From an uncultured archaeon (lineage in GTDB: Archaea > Asgardarchaeota > Thorarchaeia > Thorarchaeales > Thorarchaeaceae), in assembly GCA_964558645.1 (NCBI GenBank), contig CAZLEV010000027.1:1-29554 (forward strand): a stretch of 29,554 bases of DNA. Reading direction: 5' to 3'. Each line of letters begins with the position of its first letter. Positions within the stretch are counted from its first letter, which is position 1. A program made the position numbers and the translations under genes. This document shows, in pieces, positions 1-10,379 of this stretch. Under the pieces are notes generated by a model that ran no database searches, was not told the DNA's origin, and saw only the letters and a program-made list of their open reading frames with translations.

Positions 1-171
1 CATTGGTATGTGCTCGATGCTTCCAAGAGCAATAAGCATTGTTCGGACATCCTGAGAAGGTCCTGCCAGTCTCAGCGTGGGGAATCTGCCTGGCCACTGC
101 ACCCAGAGAACTACTGCGGCAAGCAGTGTCGCCCATCATCGATTTACTGATATCCTATTATGAGATATTTC

Positions 172-414
172 TTAGAGGGCCGCGCAGTGGGACCCTGCCT
201 TACCTCTGCACGCCCGCCCAATATGTGAGTTCTTGGACCGCACCACCACCAGCCCGCGATGCTTGAGCACCATGCTCGCCAGTTTGAGATACCCCACCGC
301 CCGACTCGCCCGAAGCGTGTCTGGATGCCCATCGAAGTCCATCTCATCAGCCACGTGATGGGCAAAGGCGAGGGCATCGTTCACCCGCTCTTGGATCTCC
401 TCTATCCCGCTCAT
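172..414 (-). CDS. small hypothetical protein
   Basis: 80-aa ORF with a GGTGAG RBS-like sequence just upstream of the ATG and an amphipathic helical N-terminus; no recognisable family. Confidence 0.45.
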   Translation of the reverse strand: MSGIEEIQERVNDALAFAHHVADEMDFDGHPDTLRASRAVGYLKLASMVLKHRGLVVVRSKNSHIGRACRGKAGSHCAAL

Positions 415-642
415 CTCTCACACCGTTTCTCTGTGCCGTGGTCTGCTATTTGAGCCCCACAGAACCTCTGTTTGGTAATAGATCCATGTGTTTCAGTCCC
501 TCGTAGTTATCTTTCACATGCTTAGTAGTAGCAGCAGACAAACTGTGGAGATGGCACAGCTAGTCAAGCCCGATTCCGCTAGTTGAGATGCTTCTAGGCG
601 CAGTGAGGCTTGTGACCGGAAGACCTGTATGGAAACGCAAGA

Positions 643-3093
643 CTAGTCACGTTCTTCAAGCGGGCGGTATTCGCTTTCTGTCAATCCGTTCCACGTGGCA
701 TAATTGACTGTCCTCACGGCGTCACTGTCAACTATACTGGCCCCTGGTATGATTGACAGAGTGGGATTCCGTAGGACGTTCGTGACAACGTACACAAAGG
801 CATTCTGAGGATTGCTGACTAAGGTCCGGAACTGATTCGCGGTTATCTTAATAGATCCATGAGGATCCACGCGAGCCTTTACCTCTATGTACATCGGGCC
901 TGCTTCATTCTCAGACATGAGATCGCACCCCTTGCTCTGCGAATCAGATTCCCCCAGTTCCCTAGCCTTGTCACCACGGCCCATCTTCTCTTCGTATCTC
1001 AGAGATGTAAGCACCCCAATCTTCTGAATAGGGCCAGTTTCAGACAGGATGCTATCTACACCAAGCATCTTGAAGAACCTCCTCCAGCTCCATAGGTCGG
1101 ATTCATCGACATCATCGATCAGTTGAGGACTGATGAACTCGAGTGGCCAGTCCAGAAGCCCGTTTTCCACTAGCGATTGAGCATTGTGGTTGGGATAGTA
1201 TTCAGAGGGAAAGACTAGCCTTTCAGGTTCTACCCATTCTCCTGATGTGGCCTTCAGTGTCACGAACGCCAGATCAGCCCGACCTATCTTTTCGTCATCG
1301 AACAGAACCTTCAGACCACATAGCTCTCTTAGCCTATCCTTCTCTGAAATCTGCGACCATCGGTCTGCGAGTTCATGCAAGCCGCCCTCTGTGCTCAGGC
1401 TTTGGATCACTGCGTCGGTAAGCTTTTTGGCACCTGCATGCCGCAGAGCCCGGAGTGCACTACTACTTCTCTCTAGATCTGGATGTACTAGGTGCAGATT
1501 TGCTTCTGGGGGAGGCTCTATTCTCAGTGGGTTGATGTATACCTCCGAAGGTGTCTTCAGGCGCCAGTCTCTTGTAGGCACTGTCGGGGTTTTCCAAAGG
1601 ACTACACGCCTGAGAGATGATGCACTATATGCACCAATACCTTGCCAGAGTCTTTTGAAGAAGTCCACATCTTTCCGCTCCGCCCTGTTGTAGATTGCAC
1701 CTGTGAGGTAGCTGTCTGGCTCGCTCCTAGTGCTATAGTGAATTGCTCTCTCGACATCTAGGTTCGTGCTACACTTCTCATGCAACACCCTCTTGTGTTC
1801 CATGAGTTCATTTCGGATATCATCGTCCTGAATGCCGAGCTCTGACCCAATGGCCGATATCCTCACTGCCTCATTCGGTCTCACGAAAGTCCCATCGCTA
1901 GCGACCAAACATGGTTCGTGCTGCAGGTAGTCACGAATAGGTTCCTTGAGGAACCTCTCGAATAGCTCGTGTCCGTGGCTCCGCGAGTACAAAGGTTCAG
2001 TAAACGAGTACCTCCACTTCTCATGTTCCTTGAAGACGGAAACACACGTATCAGTGATCAAGTCGGATATCTCTCGCACTAGCCACTGATTCCAGAGGGA
2101 TTCGCGCAGGATGTCGGTTCTGCCAGTTGTTGTTAGGAAGTCTGCATGAACCAAGAAACCGAGCCCAAGCTCCACCTCCTTCAAGGGAAGAAAGCTGTAG
2201 ACGCCAATGTGGGCTGTGCCTTCGGGCTCGGGGATCAGCCGATCATCTTCATCGAGGCGAAAGGCAACTACAACTTCTCTCTTCGCAATTCCTTTGCGCT
2301 CGTAACGCTCGGTCGCCTCATCCGACTGCACTTCTGGCGGAACTCTACAGGTCTTTCTGAAGACCACCCATCTTTGTTCTGATACTAGCTCGGAGTCACG
2401 GCACTCCTCAGTGGACACGATCTCATAGTTTCCAGAGCGTTCGTCGCTTTCAGACTGTTTCCGTAGGTTTCTAGTGGTCTGAGAGACAGCATCCCTGATT
2501 TCTAGAGTCGTCAGGTTTCTGAGAAAGAGAAGCACTCTAGGGTTTAACCATTTATTCTGCGTTTCCTCTCTTATCTGCTCTAGTCTATCGCCACTTCGCA
2601 TTTTGGCAAGAAACGAGGTTGTCAGGTCTGCTGCGGGAGGAGTCGGTGATGACTCGACCCATATCGGAATAATCTCCCATGGGGTAGTTGCAGCATCATC
2701 CCAGCAGTGCTTGTCGAACTTGAAATGAAACCCGCCCGAATGTATCTGCACCGAATCCGAGATTAGAAACGTCGACTTGAACCCCACTCCTAGGTACCCT
2801 ATATAGTCACTAGCAGCCTTTGAAGATACACCTATGCTACAGATGGAATCGACGTCCTCACTTGTGAATACCCGTCCGTCATTGTGAATCGCTATCGAGT
2901 CTTCGAGTAGATCAATCATCAGCTTCCTACTACTCGCGTCATCTGCATTCTGAATATACTCCATCACAAAGCTCCCGTATCTGGGGAAGACTTGCTCGAT
3001 TCGTTTGATAGCACCACTTAGTGCAGTTAACAATCGGTTGCTTGAACCGATTATCTCGTTCTGGATTTCGTCAATCTGTTCCCTTGCTTCCAT
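643..3093 (-). CDS. sacsin-like GHKL ATPase with C-terminal DUF3883 (NO VEIN C-terminal-like) nuclease domain
   Basis: N-terminal EYIQNADDA...HNDG..F...GYLGVGFKSTF (sacsin/GHKL motifs), HADF..T..R; C-terminal GCDLMS...YIEVKAR...ITANQ...YVV matches the DUF3883 PD-(D/E)XK pattern. Confidence 0.85.
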   Translation of the reverse strand: MEAREQIDEIQNEIIGSSNRLLTALSGAIKRIEQVFPRYGSFVMEYIQNADDASSRKLMIDLLEDSIAIHNDGRVFTSEDVDSICSIGVSSKAASDYIGYLGVGFKSTFLISDSVQIHSGGFHFKFDKHCWDDAATTPWEIIPIWVESSPTPPAADLTTSFLAKMRSGDRLEQIREETQNKWLNPRVLLFLRNLTTLEIRDAVSQTTRNLRKQSESDERSGNYEIVSTEECRDSELVSEQRWVVFRKTCRVPPEVQSDEATERYERKGIAKREVVVAFRLDEDDRLIPEPEGTAHIGVYSFLPLKEVELGLGFLVHADFLTTTGRTDILRESLWNQWLVREISDLITDTCVSVFKEHEKWRYSFTEPLYSRSHGHELFERFLKEPIRDYLQHEPCLVASDGTFVRPNEAVRISAIGSELGIQDDDIRNELMEHKRVLHEKCSTNLDVERAIHYSTRSEPDSYLTGAIYNRAERKDVDFFKRLWQGIGAYSASSLRRVVLWKTPTVPTRDWRLKTPSEVYINPLRIEPPPEANLHLVHPDLERSSSALRALRHAGAKKLTDAVIQSLSTEGGLHELADRWSQISEKDRLRELCGLKVLFDDEKIGRADLAFVTLKATSGEWVEPERLVFPSEYYPNHNAQSLVENGLLDWPLEFISPQLIDDVDESDLWSWRRFFKMLGVDSILSETGPIQKIGVLTSLRYEEKMGRGDKARELGESDSQSKGCDLMSENEAGPMYIEVKARVDPHGSIKITANQFRTLVSNPQNAFVYVVTNVLRNPTLSIIPGASIVDSDAVRTVNYATWNGLTESEYRPLEERD

Positions 3094-3871
3094 GCCACAA
3101 AGACCCCCATCGATTCTGAATCACTATGCAGTTGCGTCGTCTTACTATCATCTTTGAAAGGGGTGATACCTTAGGTTGTGCCACCGTCTGAGGACTTTCC
3201 GATATCTTTGTGATGATAACACTCTATTAAGATGACCCTGTGTGAATACTCGATGCTAGGTCTCTATACGACCTCCCTCAAGCAATCTATCCAAGCTGCT
3301 TCTACTCAAGGTGTCGCTTGAGGTTGATCGTCAGGCACTGGTTCGGAAACTGGTGATAACCCACCCAGCATGCAGGAACGTCTGAATACAACGGACCCGC
3401 GGTCCAGTTATGGTTGTGTGGTGAGAGGGAGTGATTCCGCGCTGTCATGCTTTTTTCACCCACCATGCTTTTCTGATACCTATATCGGTACACTCCATCT
3501 TCACTCTAGTATCAAGTTTCGGTGCGGCAGAAGAGAGTTGCGTCATTCCCCGCACCTAGATGACCGTTCCACTATTGGAGGAATCAAGCCTCGATGACAA
3601 GATGGCCGATCTCCTTCAGTCAAGATGCTCCGAAACGGAGAAAAGAGAGGGCATGGTTTCTCACAATCTCTCTGACTTCCTTCTTAGCATTATAGGACCC
3701 CTTCGGATCCTTCGGCTCTGTCAGCGTGTAGTGCTTGCTCCCGTACCAGTGCTGCTGACTCTTATGGCTCTCTCTGTATCTGGAATTCGATATCATGCCC
3801 TCATTGTCAGGTAAAAGACCTTCACCCACTTGTAGCTGTGCAGTCCCTCTGCCACAAAACCTAAGACCAGT

Positions 3872-4678
3872 TCAGCTTCTGTCCTTGCAAGGACCTTTCA
3901 CTTGACAGTGTTCACATCCTGTGGTGCATATGGGTTGCTCTAGGCCGAATTCAGAACCTTGCCCCATATTGACAAGCACAATGTCAACGACTCGTATGTC
4001 CTCCTTAGCCTGTTTTGCCATCTGCCTGCAGATGTCTATTGCTGTCCGTTCAACATTTCCATCTCTTGAATCTAGCAGTCCCAGTCGAGAGAAGAGCGCC
4101 ACGATCTGACGGTCTGGTTTCGCGACAAACGCTCCGATATCCATGAGAAAATGATAGGCTGTTATGGGTCCGAGGTAGTAGAAACGCGTCTTGAGGTCAG
4201 CAACTAGTCTGTCCATCGCATCGTCCCAATCATCTGTTCGGAATCCACGCTGCTGCAAGTAATCCTTGAATGAACCGGACTTCGAAGTCAGCCTGTCAAA
4301 TTCCCGTGCGTTCATGATGGTGGCACTAATCTTGGACAAACTCTTGATCATATTCTCTTCTTTGCAGAGTCTTTCGACGTCATCGAAGGTAAACCCTTTC
4401 ACTTTGGAGTAGTCGCCCAGCTCATCTAGAATGGTATCCATTCTATCTCCAGCAGTTGTTGACTTGAAACCGCTATGGAAAGTGATTATTACCAGTCGCT
4501 CGAAAAAATCCCTGTCTTCTTGAAACTTCTCTGAGAGGTTTCTCCAATCTGCGAGTCTATCATCGAACTCGGTTTCTGTTAAAGGTGAGAAATACTGAAC
4601 CGTAGCACGAATCTGCTGATACAACTCCGCGAGTCCTGGTCTTTGATCCATCCCCATGATTCTTGATCCTCCATTCAA
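3872..4678 (-). CDS. DNA-3-methyladenine glycosylase I (Tag)-like HhH glycosylase with C-terminal Cys cluster
   Basis: FERLVIITFHSGF...IKSLSKISATIMNAREF...F.YLGPITAYHFLMDIG resembles Tag; KPDRQI HhH-GPD-like Asp; terminal CX3CX2CX5C. Confidence 0.8.
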   Translation of the reverse strand: MNGGSRIMGMDQRPGLAELYQQIRATVQYFSPLTETEFDDRLADWRNLSEKFQEDRDFFERLVIITFHSGFKSTTAGDRMDTILDELGDYSKVKGFTFDDVERLCKEENMIKSLSKISATIMNAREFDRLTSKSGSFKDYLQQRGFRTDDWDDAMDRLVADLKTRFYYLGPITAYHFLMDIGAFVAKPDRQIVALFSRLGLLDSRDGNVERTAIDICRQMAKQAKEDIRVVDIVLVNMGQGSEFGLEQPICTTGCEHCQVKGPCKDRS

Positions 4679-4883
4679 TCAAATCCTACTTGGATTGTAG
4701 TCCTATGAGTCTTTCTGAGGTCTAGGATGGTCTTACATCTCTTCCCAGCATGTCCCGATTTCAGCCAACAGGCCTTTCGTGACGGCGATAGCCACAACCA
4801 GCTGGTCGGCTGTTGGAAACATACACTCTGCACCTTCGTAGCAACATCATACGACTGGATGCGTTCGAGCAGAAAGACACCTT

Positions 4884-5588
4884 ATGATCCACCTTCATAC
4901 CAGACTTTGGATAATGGTTGGAGATGGTTGGATGAACCTGATGCAAGTAATGAAGTCTCTTTCCTCGGAGAGAAGGGTCTTTCATTCCGAGGCGGATTTT
5001 CAACATAGTCTTGGCTGGAAGATTCGAGAGATGTACTCAGATGCCAGCGTGAGAGCTGAGGTCAAGCTGTTCTATCCTATGGAGAAGGCCACTGGGAAGA
5101 AGCGCAAACGACGAAAATCGCTGGATCTACTGGTCAGTCTCCAAGGGAAGACCACCGCCATCGAACTGAAATACAAGACGGCCTTGGTGGACGGCCTCCG
5201 GAGGATCAGTGTAGACGGCCAGTATTTCATGATTCCTAGGGAGGGTGCTCAAGATATCTGTCGGTACAGCTTCCTCTCAGATATCATGAGGCTTGAACGC
5301 GAAGTCGCAAAGCGAAGTGACACTGAGGGATATGCGGTCTTCTTGACCAATGACCCACTCTACTGGACAAAGCCAAAAGGAAACACAAAGGATGCGCAGT
5401 TTCGGATTCATGACCGGACGTTACCGAGACGAATGACATGGCGGGATGATACAGCCGAGAGCACCAAGGGTGCAGGACGCGACCGACCCATCATTCTCAG
5501 GAACAGTTACACTCTTGAGTGGATTGATTATGCTGTAATTCCCACTCAGGAGAATAATCGGTTCAGATTCCTGCTGGTGAAGGTCTGA
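4884..5588 (+). CDS. PD-(D/E)XK-superfamily nuclease-like protein (true start probably ATG at 4932)
   Basis: FHSEADFQHSL...AEV...LDLLV...AIELKYKT...DIMRLE restriction-endonuclease-like motif set. Confidence 0.75.
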   Translation: MIHLHTRLWIMVGDGWMNLMQVMKSLSSERRVFHSEADFQHSLGWKIREMYSDASVRAEVKLFYPMEKATGKKRKRRKSLDLLVSLQGKTTAIELKYKTALVDGLRRISVDGQYFMIPREGAQDICRYSFLSDIMRLEREVAKRSDTEGYAVFLTNDPLYWTKPKGNTKDAQFRIHDRTLPRRMTWRDDTAESTKGAGRDRPIILRNSYTLEWIDYAVIPTQENNRFRFLLVKV

Positions 5589-5824
5589 AGTAACATAACG
5601 ATTCTCAGAAGCATATCCCCATAATGAGATTCATCATCCGAAACAACTGTGAATAGACATGAAAGAAGCACGAGAGTCAACCCTTGACTAGAACCTCATT
5701 CTCTTCTCTAGACTGATCTAAGAGAGGCAGCTCAATCAACTTGCCCACTATTACACCACCGATCTCTAGGAACAAGGCAGGGCACTTCTCCTGCCTAGTA
5801 CATTCATAGGTGCAGGAACGAGTG

Positions 5825-6880
5825 TTAGGAGCTCGGACACGGTTTCCGAAACCATTGCTGAAGCTTCCATGCTATTCGGCCAACTGATTCACGACGGTCC
5901 CAGAACAAGAAGGCTATCCCAAAGAGTATCCCTACCAGTACTGCGGCGAGTACGAAAAGAACCTTCAGGACGTCCAAAGACGCCACTTCGATGATTCCAA
6001 CTAAGAGATTACCGAAAAAATGGAGAAGCATACTGGGAATGAGACTCCCCGTTGCATCATATAGTGCTCCAAAGACCAAGCCAGCTAGGAACTGCGCACC
6101 AAAGCAGCTCATGAATCCGATGATGATGTCACCTGATGATGCCTTGTTCGTGAAGACATGTACTAGACCGAACAGTAACGATGCCAATACAAGACCACTC
6201 CACCTGCTTCCGTGTTTTGCGGAGAGAGACTGCTGAAGTATTCCCCTGAATGCTATCTCTTCGGAGATGGCAGGCCGGACAGCATATAGGACAATGAGAT
6301 TGAACCAGTTGACTGCACCAAGGCTTGAAACCTCAGGCGTCAGAAGTGCATATACGATGATTGGGAGATATAGTACCGCAATCGTGAACACAGAAACGCG
6401 GGAGATTGTGCTGGAGGGTACAACCAGGCCAACATCGCTTCTGACTAATGGTCTATCTGAGATGACTGAATCGAGAATGAGAATGGGACCCAATGTAATC
6501 AGGATAGATAGCACAAGATCGTCTAAGAAATACGGAAGATAGTTGTATAGACCACCCCCTCCGAATAGAATCACAATCAATAGCCAGAAAGCAGCTGGCA
6601 GCGCAGCTGGAGCGAATTGTGTGGGAAATTCGGGAAGCAGGCGGGCATCAGTGTAATCATGGAACCATACGAGCAAGATTACTACCGGCAACAGCCCTAT
6701 TACATTCCCGGCAATCATCAAGAAACCATACCATATAGAACCAAGAGCAATCATCGATACGGTGAAGAACACCACAGCGAACACCCAGGGTTCGGTCAGG
6801 AGAGGTGACGGTTCGCCCTTGGAGTCATTCTGAGCACTCAATGTGACTGTTCCCCACTCCATGAGTCTAATAGCATTCAT
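5825..6880 (-). CDS. CPBP family (Abi/CAAX-like) intramembrane glutamic endopeptidase
   Basis: Multiple TM helices; EEIAFRG, LFGLVH and LHFFGN motifs of the CPBP family. Confidence 0.9.
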   Translation of the reverse strand: MNAIRLMEWGTVTLSAQNDSKGEPSPLLTEPWVFAVVFFTVSMIALGSIWYGFLMIAGNVIGLLPVVILLVWFHDYTDARLLPEFPTQFAPAALPAAFWLLIVILFGGGGLYNYLPYFLDDLVLSILITLGPILILDSVISDRPLVRSDVGLVVPSSTISRVSVFTIAVLYLPIIVYALLTPEVSSLGAVNWFNLIVLYAVRPAISEEIAFRGILQQSLSAKHGSRWSGLVLASLLFGLVHVFTNKASSGDIIIGFMSCFGAQFLAGLVFGALYDATGSLIPSMLLHFFGNLLVGIIEVASLDVLKVLFVLAAVLVGILFGIAFLFWDRRESVGRIAWKLQQWFRKPCPSS

Positions 6881-6889
6881 AAGTCTGTT

Positions 6890-7783
6890 TTGGCTTATTC
6901 TGTTCTTGGTGGGATTCTGATGCAGCAGGTCATAGTCGTGTTCTTGATCATCTCCGTTCTTGCTCAGATTATGGGCACCGCAGATTCTGTGAGTGTACAG
7001 GATGAATTGGTTCTGTCAGAGCAGGGTACACTGGGTGTGGGAGAATTCTGGACGTTCAACAGGTCGTGTGAAGAGGGCGAGGGATACTATGGTCACATGT
7101 CATCTTCTGACGGTCCATTGCTGCTAAGCGTTGTTGAACAAGTGTACTTGGCTGCTTTCCTGAATGGCACCTATGAGCCTGAAACTGAATGGAGGGACGA
7201 GAATATTTGGAGGTGGGAGTTTGTCTGCGAGCACACTACGAACTACTCCTTCGTGATCAGGTTGGTTCATGGTGCAGAGTCCTCGGTGAGTTTCTCAATC
7301 TATCTGGACCTCACACCCGTGGAGGTTCACTTCCACGCAGAACTGACCTCCCTTTACCTTCCGAGATTCAATCTGAGCTTCTCATTCACAGGAGGCTTCT
7401 TTGTGAGTGCGACGATTGAATTCCCAAACAACGGAGCTGTGAACTGGCTAGAAGGCAATGAGTCGGTGTCCTGGCGTGCATACGAGTATGACCAGAATCT
7501 ATCTGTATATGTACCATATCCCGATGGTGTATACAATATCACAGTGCGGGTACGTGAGAGGATTAGAGAAAGAGTAACTGCTTTCCAAATCCACAAGCAT
7601 AGCAACCAGAGCCTTGGACTGTTGTTGACAGTTATGCTGGGACTTGCCATGATATCTTTTGCCATCGAAATCTGGCGACGACGGCGATATGATATCAACC
7701 ACGGAGTACAGGCACCTACTCGTCCGATGACCTCTCCCGACTCAAAATGGTTTCGTGCGTCTTCCTCTGCAGGACCAAGCTGA
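6890..7783 (+). CDS. secreted, membrane-anchored hypothetical protein (start probably ATG at 6920)
   Basis: N-terminal signal-like hydrophobic stretch, beta-rich body with several N-x-S/T sequons, C-terminal TM followed by RRRR. Confidence 0.75.
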   Translation: MAYSVLGGILMQQVIVVFLIISVLAQIMGTADSVSVQDELVLSEQGTLGVGEFWTFNRSCEEGEGYYGHMSSSDGPLLLSVVEQVYLAAFLNGTYEPETEWRDENIWRWEFVCEHTTNYSFVIRLVHGAESSVSFSIYLDLTPVEVHFHAELTSLYLPRFNLSFSFTGGFFVSATIEFPNNGAVNWLEGNESVSWRAYEYDQNLSVYVPYPDGVYNITVRVRERIRERVTAFQIHKHSNQSLGLLLTVMLGLAMISFAIEIWRRRRYDINHGVQAPTRPMTSPDSKWFRASSSAGPS

Positions 7784-7836
7784 TCAACAGCTACTCTATC
7801 GCCCACTGATTCCAGCAGCTAGCTCGGAGGCAACGA

Positions 7837-8085
7837 GTGGCCGAACAAAGACCATCGGCAAACCTATCACTTTCCTACTACACAGAAACAAGGGATATCG
7901 ACTTGGACGAAGACGAATTGGAGAGGACATCTCTCGCTGCGCATGATGCCATCTTCAGTGACGAGGATGAACTGGAGATAGATGGAGCGACCTATCCGCT
8001 GGAAAATCGAACTTTGATAAATCCGAGGCAAATACTATGTTTGAAACTGAGTGGTCGAAGAAAGGGAAGATATGCTGAAATCTGA
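7837..8085 (+). CDS. small acidic hypothetical protein, possibly a truncated gene fragment
   Basis: Protein-like acidic N-terminal part (DIDLDEDELE...DEDELEIDGATYPLE); composition turns AT-rich near 8005. Confidence 0.3.
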   Translation: MAEQRPSANLSLSYYTETRDIDLDEDELERTSLAAHDAIFSDEDELEIDGATYPLENRTLINPRQILCLKLSGRRKGRYAEI

Positions 8086-8089
8086 TATT

Positions 8090-8341
8090 TCAGGGTCTGA
8101 ATAGACGTTTCAACTTATTTAATTCATCTTCGAGTTCATCAATCCTGAACTCAAGATCATCAATTCTTTCGCGTAACTCCCGTATCTGGTTATTTTCCGG
8201 AGAGAGACTCATGTATGCGGTGATTTCACGAATGCATATTAGTTTTATGTCACTCAGGCTGGACATCCTGTTATTCCTGACGCTCGCCAGAGCAAACTTG
8301 TTATCATGAAATCGTGATGGTGTCGGTGTCGAATAGTGCAT
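8090..8341 (-). CDS. small coiled-coil protein (likely start at internal MSLSPENN, ~8212)
   Basis: Heptad pattern IRELRERIDDLEFRIDELEDELNKLK. Confidence 0.4.
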   Translation of the reverse strand: MHYSTPTPSRFHDNKFALASVRNNRMSSLSDIKLICIREITAYMSLSPENNQIRELRERIDDLEFRIDELEDELNKLKRLFRP

Positions 8342-8533
8342 CGAACTCAGGATACTCTCTTCTCTATCTTGAAACCCTAACAGGATGCCACTTTTTGTAT
8401 TGCCCCCATTCGTATTTACTCATTAGATTTGAACCATCATAGTTAAGCCGTCCTTTCCACCAATGATACTTACAGAAGTTCATTCCGTGCCAATAGCGTT
8501 CTGCTTCCACACCACACTTGTTACATCGAGGGG

Positions 8534-9031
8534 TCATTCCTCTAGCCCCTCCTTGTCATCGTCATCTTGGAAGGATGACGCGAAGAGATCGTCTATGTTT
8601 GGCTGATTCGAGCTACGCAATTCACTCAATCTTTCTATCCCTCTCTCTATACATCTCTCCTTCTCTTTCTTTTCTAGAGAAGCGAGGAAGGGTATAGCAG
8701 ATTGCGTAGATTGCGTAGCTATACTCTGAATCTCTTCTTTCACGAGTTTGATATTGAGATCCATTCCGAACCAAGCTCTCTCCTTGTCTTTGTGTCCTTG
8801 ATCCCAAAATGGAACCAGCTGTATGACTCTCTTTGCAAACCAATTATCACTCGTAGGCTTTTTGCCTGTATAATGTATCCACTTGACATAGAAATCACTC
8901 AAGTCACTTTTCCATGTCACAGGTTCAGGATCTTCTGCTCTTTCGATGTACTTGAGAATGAAGGAAGCTGTCGGATCACTCTTCAGAGAATAAGTCAACA
9001 TCTTCTCATCCGCTGATGGCTTTTCTAGACC
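8534..9031 (-). pseudogene. 5'-truncated phage/plasmid P4-family (D5-like) primase-helicase, C-terminal winged-helix part only
   Basis: Frame reads GLEKPSADEKMLTYSLKSDPTASFILKYI...KSDLSDFYVKW...GKKPTSDNWFAKRV...RAWFGMDL, typical of the region after the SF3 helicase; no helicase domain upstream and an in-frame stop near 9070. Confidence 0.65.
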
Positions 9032-9335
9032 GGAGGAATACGATCTCTTGATTCCGCAGGCTACGCCTCATGAGAGCACGTCAGGGGCATGGCGACTCGT
9101 CAGGGAGCTCTATCGCTCGGCTAGGGAAGTACAGAATATGTGTTTCAGGTTCAAGATTCACGTCTTCTCAGAGAGCATACCTGAACAGCACTAGACATGT
9201 TTGATGAGTCTACTCTCAGCAAGGGTATAAGAATGAACCCTATTACACGGCTCCACCAATGAGTCAAGCAAAAACCTTCTCTCCAGTAAAATGCTTCAGG
9301 AGTTACAAGAAGAGCATTTCATGTATTGAATCCTC

Positions 9336-9740
9336 TCAAAGCAAAGCATAGCCTGCGTCCTCGAAGTGTCCATCGTTAGAGAAGACGGTGTCTATACCAA
9401 AGATATCAATCAGTACGAAACTGGTGTGATCTGTGAAACTGATACCTGAATCGCGTGACCTCTTGAACGAATTCCAAGCCCACTTTTCGTACTGCTCATT
9501 AATGAAGATAATCGTTATGCTGTGTGATTTGCGTATTCCATTCACACACCTAAGTGCCACTGAGTGGTCCGCTCTCCTGCATAATAAGGTGATTAGCTCG
9601 TCTAGAATGTAGTTGGAAGTGACAATGCTGCCCCATAATCCGTTCTGGACTCCCTTCATCTTCTCTATAGCCTGTTCATGATTTGATGAACCCTCAAAGA
9701 GGAAATCGAAAAAGGCGCCAGTGTCAATAAACACCGTCAC
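9336..9740 (-). CDS. vapC: PIN domain ribonuclease toxin (VapC family)
   Basis: VFIDTGAF...TSNYILDE...SFTDHTS...FSNDGHF acidic PIN motifs; GTGA overlap with the upstream gene. Confidence 0.92.
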   Translation of the reverse strand: MTVFIDTGAFFDFLFEGSSNHEQAIEKMKGVQNGLWGSIVTSNYILDELITLLCRRADHSVALRCVNGIRKSHSITIIFINEQYEKWAWNSFKRSRDSGISFTDHTSFVLIDIFGIDTVFSNDGHFEDAGYALL

Positions 9741-10369
9741 TCTGACCCGTCTCCATAGATAGTTTCATCGTGTGAATCTCCTGACTGATTCGCCACCTCA
9801 ATACGGACACTCCCGGCCAAGGAAAAGAACTCGTCCTCACGATCCACTTCTGATGAAGATAGCAGCTCCTTGGCTTCCTCAGTGGTCATGTACCATCTAG
9901 TATCACCTTGCCGAATAGCGATTCTGGAGGTAGTGCTCCGTATCGGTGTAGGAGCAAGATGGCGATAAACTACAAACTCGTCATCTATTTCAGCGACGTA
10001 CAGTTTCTTTCTCAGGGGTACGAGCAAACTAGACTGACTGACATAGTCCTTCTGTGTGCACGAGATGTCAAAGGCGGCGCGTAAATCCGGAAGACTCATT
10101 GTCGATGTTGCTAACAATGACTGCGACAGCAGAAGTTCAATGGACTCATCAAGTTCAGTGTAGGTATCGATGGTTTGACGGAATGTACCGACAATGCGGT
10201 TCGCACTAGTACGACCTCTCGACCCCGGCTGTGCTCCAGCTACAGGAACATCGATCCGCTTCGCTAGTTCCAACTCCGTTGCGCTAGTAGACTCGACTGG
10301 ATGGTCAGCAAACGCCGTGGCGGACTGTCCATACTGATGCTTCATCTGGTTTGCCAATGCTTCCATCAA
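9737..10369 (-). CDS. putative antitoxin, unusually long
   Basis: Translationally coupled to the PIN gene; C-terminus DEFFSLAGSV...SGDSHDETIYG resembles archaeal VapB-type tails. Confidence 0.6.
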   Translation of the reverse strand: MMEALANQMKHQYGQSATAFADHPVESTSATELELAKRIDVPVAGAQPGSRGRTSANRIVGTFRQTIDTYTELDESIELLLSQSLLATSTMSLPDLRAAFDISCTQKDYVSQSSLLVPLRKKLYVAEIDDEFVVYRHLAPTPIRSTTSRIAIRQGDTRWYMTTEEAKELLSSSEVDREDEFFSLAGSVRIEVANQSGDSHDETIYGDGSE

Positions 10370-10379
10370 CCATCACCAC

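Noticed and set aside
3302-3829. Short ORFs between the sacsin-like gene and the glycosylase
   Set aside because: Possibly a decayed gene, but no family recognisable and no consistent frame
8699-8718. 9-bp tandem duplication AGATTGCGT
   Set aside because: Only two copies, in-frame (TQS TQS); trivial slippage
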